The notes below the pieces were generated by a model. The model was not told the origin of the DNA, did not search any database, and saw only the letters and a program-made list of their open reading frames with translations. A stretch of DNA of 57,664 nt, the filler included, from Dugesia japonica (Eukaryota): the NCBI GenBank assembly GCA_001938525.1. It is 5 parts of 5 records of this genome, joined end to end, with 100 filler letters (N's around TTAATTAATTAA, not from the genome) between each part and the next. Parts side by side here need not be neighbours in the genome. Positions count along the whole stretch, not along the records: positions 47,575 to 57,664 come from MQRL01643612.1; 4 more parts are not named here. One strand, 5' to 3'. Each line of letters starts with the position of its first letter. The first letter of the stretch is position 1. This document shows, piece by piece, positions 52,918 through 57,664 of this stretch. The position numbers were made by a program, and so were the translations under genes.

Positions 52918-53806
52918 ATGATTAAAAATAATAATAAATTTATTTGTGAATATTGTAATAAAATATTACTTAGAAAAAATAAAGCTAGACATTTACGTAT
53001 TTGTTTAAAGAAAGGTGGTGACTTACAATCTTCTAAATTAACTTCAACAATTTTAAAACCATTTACTTGGGAAAAATATCCAGGTGAAAGACACTTATTT
53101 AAACATAATTACAACGGACTTGGAACTAGATTAGATTTAAGATTAGATGAAAATAATCTCAATGGGCCCATTCCAAAACCAGGAGAAGAACCAATTAATA
53201 GGGTTGATGAAGCTGCTTTAAAACACGATTTATTATATAAATCTGAAAATATTAGAGATAGACATTTAGCCGATGTTAATTTAATTCATGATTTAAATAA
53301 TATTCCTAATCCTAGTATTTCTGAAAAATTACAAAGAAATTTAGAAAAATTAGCAATCAAAGGTAAAATCGTTATTGGCGCTGGAGTAAGTTCAAATAAT
53401 GATAATATTAAAAACAAAGAAATATTAGCAGAAGAATTACATAAAGAATACAGAAAACCAAAACATTTCTTAAAAGTAATAATAAAAGAAAAAGATAATA
53501 ATTGGGGTTGTGATATTATTGATATGGTCAAAAAATCAAGTGAAGGATTTAGATATATTTTAGTTTGTATTGATTTATACTCTAAATTTGGTTTATGTAT
53601 TCCTATGAAAAATAAAAATCATTAAAATAAGCTTATAAAAATATTTGAAGATAATAATAGATTTCCTGATTATAGCTGGTTTGATAAGGAATCAGCTATT
53701 AGATCAAAGGATCTTGATAAATTTCTTAAAGAAAATTATATTTAATTATTTCACACTGAAAACGAAGGTAAATCAGTTTTTGCTGAAAAATTTATTAGAA
53801 CTCTTT
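52918..53806 (+). CDS. Zn-finger-PLA2X-RVE integrase fusion (Polinton family B); frameshift near 53620
   Basis: CEYC..RHLRIC; NYNGLGT; INRVDEAALKHDLLY; IVIGAG; then in the same frame LAEELHKEYRK...WGCDIIDM...YILVCIDLYSKF; after the frameshift WFDKES and KSVFAEKFIRTL (DDE triad). Confidence 0.85.
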
Positions 53807-53908
53807 CACATTACATCATTGTTTGTATTTCTCCTTTTGCATGTTCAATTTAATTACTACTTCAATACACTGCTTACATGCTGATCTTTCAATATCAGTC
53901 TTATCTCT

Positions 53909-56900
53909 TTACATTTGTAAAGACACCGGATTAATCTCTCTATCCACATGTACAATTTTATCTTGTATCATTCTCAAACATTGGTAACACATCTTTAGTA
54001 ATTGACTTTTTATCACAGGCACCGTTTCTGTTCTCGTTTCGTTACAGGTTTTACACCGATTAAATTCTTTATTTGGTTCCACAACCCACAAAATTCCTCT
54101 CTCTTTATTTGATTCTGGAGTTCCCGAAATTCCTACTTCGTTACTTGATTCTTGAGCCACCAAAATTCTTTCTATCGATTTTGTGGCTGATATCATCCTT
54201 ACACGATCTCTTGATCTGATCAGATATCTCTGCTCCTCCTCTGGTGTGTCTAATTTAAATCGAACTCGTTTTACTCGACTCGTTTCTGACTTCGCTTTTA
54301 CTAGATTCTCTTTATTGTTTTCTGTCTTTTTGGCTGCCAATATTCATCTTGGCACATGCACAATACTTGGTTTCTTTAACGGTTTTCTCAATTCTTTCAA
54401 TTTCAGATTTGTTGCTGTGGTTTCGATTACCATATATGGGCCTTTGTTGGGTCTCTTCAATTTCTCTGTTTTTCCAATATCGATTGTCAGTGTGTTAACT
54501 AGCACTAGATCTCCTTTTTTTAAATGTATGATCTTCGGCTTTACGATAATGTAATTCCTTGTAACTCTCTTGACTAAATCTTGCGTTTGCTTCTGCCAAT
54601 TTCCACATTTCTTTCATACGTTCTTTCATACCTGTCACATAATTATCTTTATCCATGTATTGTGAAATTGGTGGTTGATATTCCAAATCAATAGGCATGT
54701 TACACTCTCTGCCATACATTAAACTGAATGGCGTTGCTCTTGTTGTCGGATGTACTCCCATCCTGTATGCAAATAAACATAGATTCAAATATTTGTCCCA
54801 TTCTCTTGCATCGTTTCATGCATAACTCAACAACATTCTTGTTAACGTTTGATTGAATCTCTCGATCATTCCGTCCGTCTGCGGATGATATGCTGATGTC
54901 CGTAATTTGTAAATATTAAAGAAACTCGTAACTTCTTTCATCAATTTGCTCATAAAATATTTTCCTTGATCAGTTAAAATTTTCTTTGGAGGTCCATAAC
55001 GACTTAATACTTCATTCACTAATACCTTGGCAATTGTCGCTGCTTTTTGATCTCTTAACACAAACGCTTCCGGAAATTTTGATAAATAATCTACCACTGT
55101 CAGAATATATATCATTCCACTGATTGTTGGTGGTAGTGGCCCAATTATATCCATTGCTATTATATCCATCAGTGCTGCTGGCACTAGAATTGGTTGTAAA
55201 AGAATTTTAAATTTTTTTCCTGTTCTCCTTCTTGCTTCACATACCTGATATTGTTCAACCTATGTCTTCTCACTTGTCGTTATATGTGGCCAATAATATT
55301 TTGCTCTCAATTTCGATTCTGTCTTTTTAGCTGACATATGACATCATAATACTCCATTATGATATTGCTCCAAAATCTTTGCTCGTCTATTTTTAGGAAT
55401 TACCAACAACATGTTGTCGCTCTCTTTCATCATCAACCATCCATTTACTATAGCATATCACCCTCGTCGTTTCTTTAGATGTTCTTTATTGCTTTTATTA
55501 CACTTGACTTTACTCAAATCATAATATTTTAGATAATCTAGAATTATTTTAATCTCTTCGTCTTCATCTTGATCCTTTTTGAGGCCCGTGAAATCTTTTT
55601 TGTCGGCTAATATCATGCATAAAGTTCGCATTTCTCGATTCCTTAACTGCTAAATATTAATCACTTCATTATCCAGTATTTTAATATTCGTCTCTCCCTC
55701 TATTCGTCCGTAAATCTAGCTCTGGACATATAATCTGCATTTGCATTTGCTTTAACCGACTTGTATTTCACTAAGGGCTCGTATTCTTGTAGCTTCATTG
55801 CCCATCTTGCTATTCGATTTATCTGTAACGGTTTTTGTTCGATCATTGTAAGCGGTTGATGATCTGTATAAACTACTAATTCGTGTCCAAGTATCAATTT
55901 ATTGAAATGTTTTACTGCTTTGACAATTTCTAAAATTTCTCGTTCTGTTGTACTATAATTTTTCTCAGCACCTTGAAATGTTTTACTGAAATATCCGATT
56001 ACTCGTTCTCGACCTTCTTCGTCTAGCTGACTCAATACAGCTCCCATAGCATATCCACTTGCATCTATTGCTAATATAAACGGTTTATTAAAATCTGGTT
56101 GTACTAATATTGGTGCCGTCATTAACTTTTCTCGTATTATTTCGAATGCCTTTTGATGCTCGTCTGTCAAAATGAATTTAACATCTTGTCTCACTAATGA
56201 TTGAATTGGTTTAGCTATCGTTGTAAATCCTTTGATAAATTTTTTTTAATTGTTTTTCCACACCTAAAAACACTTGCACATCATTTACAGTTTTCGGTAC
56301 TGGTAATTTCTTAAGCTTTTCAATATTTGCTGGATCTGGTTGTTTTCCTTGATCTGATATTAGGTGACCTAAATATGTCACTTGATTTTTTGCCCATTCA
56401 CATTTTTTAGGTTTTACTCTGAGATTCCGCATTTTTAATAGTACAAATACATTACGTAAATCTTTCAAATGCTCCTCAAATGTTGTTGAAAATATTAATA
56501 AATCAATATATACCATACACTGTGGTATTTCATGTGTCACAAAATTCATAAGCCGTTGAAAAGATGCAGGTGCATTGGTCAATCTAAATGGTATCCTCAC
56601 AAATTGATATAAATCTTTCCTTGCTGAAAAGCTGTTTTCTCTTTATCTGCTTCCTCTATTTGAATTTGCCAATATCTACTCCGCAAATCCAATGTCGTAA
56701 ATATCTTTGCATTGTATAATAACATTAATATCTCGTTTATATCTGGTAACGAATAGGTGTCTTTCTTTGTCTTTGCATTTAAATCTCGATAATCAATACA
56801 AAATCTCGTTGATCCATCTTTCTTTTTAATCAATACTTCTGGAAATTGCCATGGTTAACAACTCGTTTCTATTACTTCATTTACAAGCATATCGACAATT

Positions 56901-57664
56901 TTCTCGTTACATATTGCTTTATCCACTTCTGCTTGTTTATAAATCATCTTTTTGATTGGAGATTCATCTGTTAAAATAATTCCATGCTTTATTACCGAAC
57001 AGGTTCAAAATTCACTATCTGTTCCCGCGAAAATATCTATGAATTCTTCCAGTAGCTCTAATAATTGTAATTTCTCCTTTATCGTTAATATTGGTGATTA
57101 AATTTTAAATGTCTGATCCACTTCTTCTCCTTTTGTAATTATTTTAGTCTCCATCCATTTCGCCATCTCGCTTTTATGTACGTCCATTAATTTCTCTTTA
57201 TTTTCATCAATTGTCTCGTCTAATTCATCCATTGGTGGCAATGCTCAAGTCTTTGAATTTGGATGTATCGTAATATCTTTTTCTGTCATATTAAACACAT
57301 TTACAGGTACCCTGCCAACTTCTAATATTTTACTTCTTCATTTGTCGCTAGTAAATTATATCTTTTAGAGAATCCCTCATGCGGTTCAAACATCATCTGT
57401 CCTTCACAATTTGATTCTGTTTTCGCCAAACAGAATACTTGACTCCTACTTAGTATTACTATCTTTTTTCCAATATACACTTCATTATTTCTTGTAAGTA
57501 AATTTTCTCTTGATCCCGTAATATGCAATGTTGTTATATTAAATACCGCTTTTTTCATTATTAATGGCATCAGATCCGTGCCGATAACACATTTCTCACT
57601 CATTTGTTATATCGCCATTTCATGTTCTACTTTTGTACCTTGAAATTCCACTTCGCATCTCAGT
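53909..57664 (-). mobile_element. Degenerate Ty3/Gypsy pol (PR-RT-RH-INT), continues beyond the window
   Basis: VIGTD (protease), KKKDGSTRFCIDYRDLN, LDLRSRYWQ, PFRLTNAPASFQ, DASGYAMGAVLSQ, TDHQPL, AMDIIGPLP, TDQG, TSAYHPQTDGMIERFN, GPY motif. Confidence 0.95.

Noticed and set aside
11452-53813. One complete giant Polinton/virus spanning the window
   Set aside because: The pieces lie on different contigs, belong to two families, are redundant (four polB remnants) and are frameshifted.

Overview
This is very AT-rich eukaryotic (probably animal) genomic DNA with many short, 35-50 nt GT-AG introns. It is not one locus: four identical artificial spacers (N44-TTAATTAATTAA-N44) split it into five concatenated contigs (1-11351, 11452-21887, 21988-36640, 36741-47474, 47575-57664). 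Host genes are the last two exons of an ATP10-like P4-ATPase (minus strand) and a multi-exon plus-strand gene whose C-terminus resembles CPLANE1. The rest is mostly decayed mobile DNA: three Ty3/Gypsy remnants, Tc1/mariner, hAT, Harbinger and Helitron pieces, a minimal hammerhead ribozyme, and many fragments of two distinct Polinton/Maverick (adintovirus-like) families. Family A runs chromo-integrase, penton, PW, major capsid, protease, then an OTU-type pPolB that appears to have five spliceosomal introns in its 5' part. Family B runs major capsid, a Zn-finger/parvovirus-type PLA2/integrase fusion ORF with adenain-like cleavage sites, an orphan ORF, A32 ATPase, penton and protease, with an internal inversion and recurring GGGWCCC motifs. 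All family assignments come from motif recognition by eye; no database searches were run.
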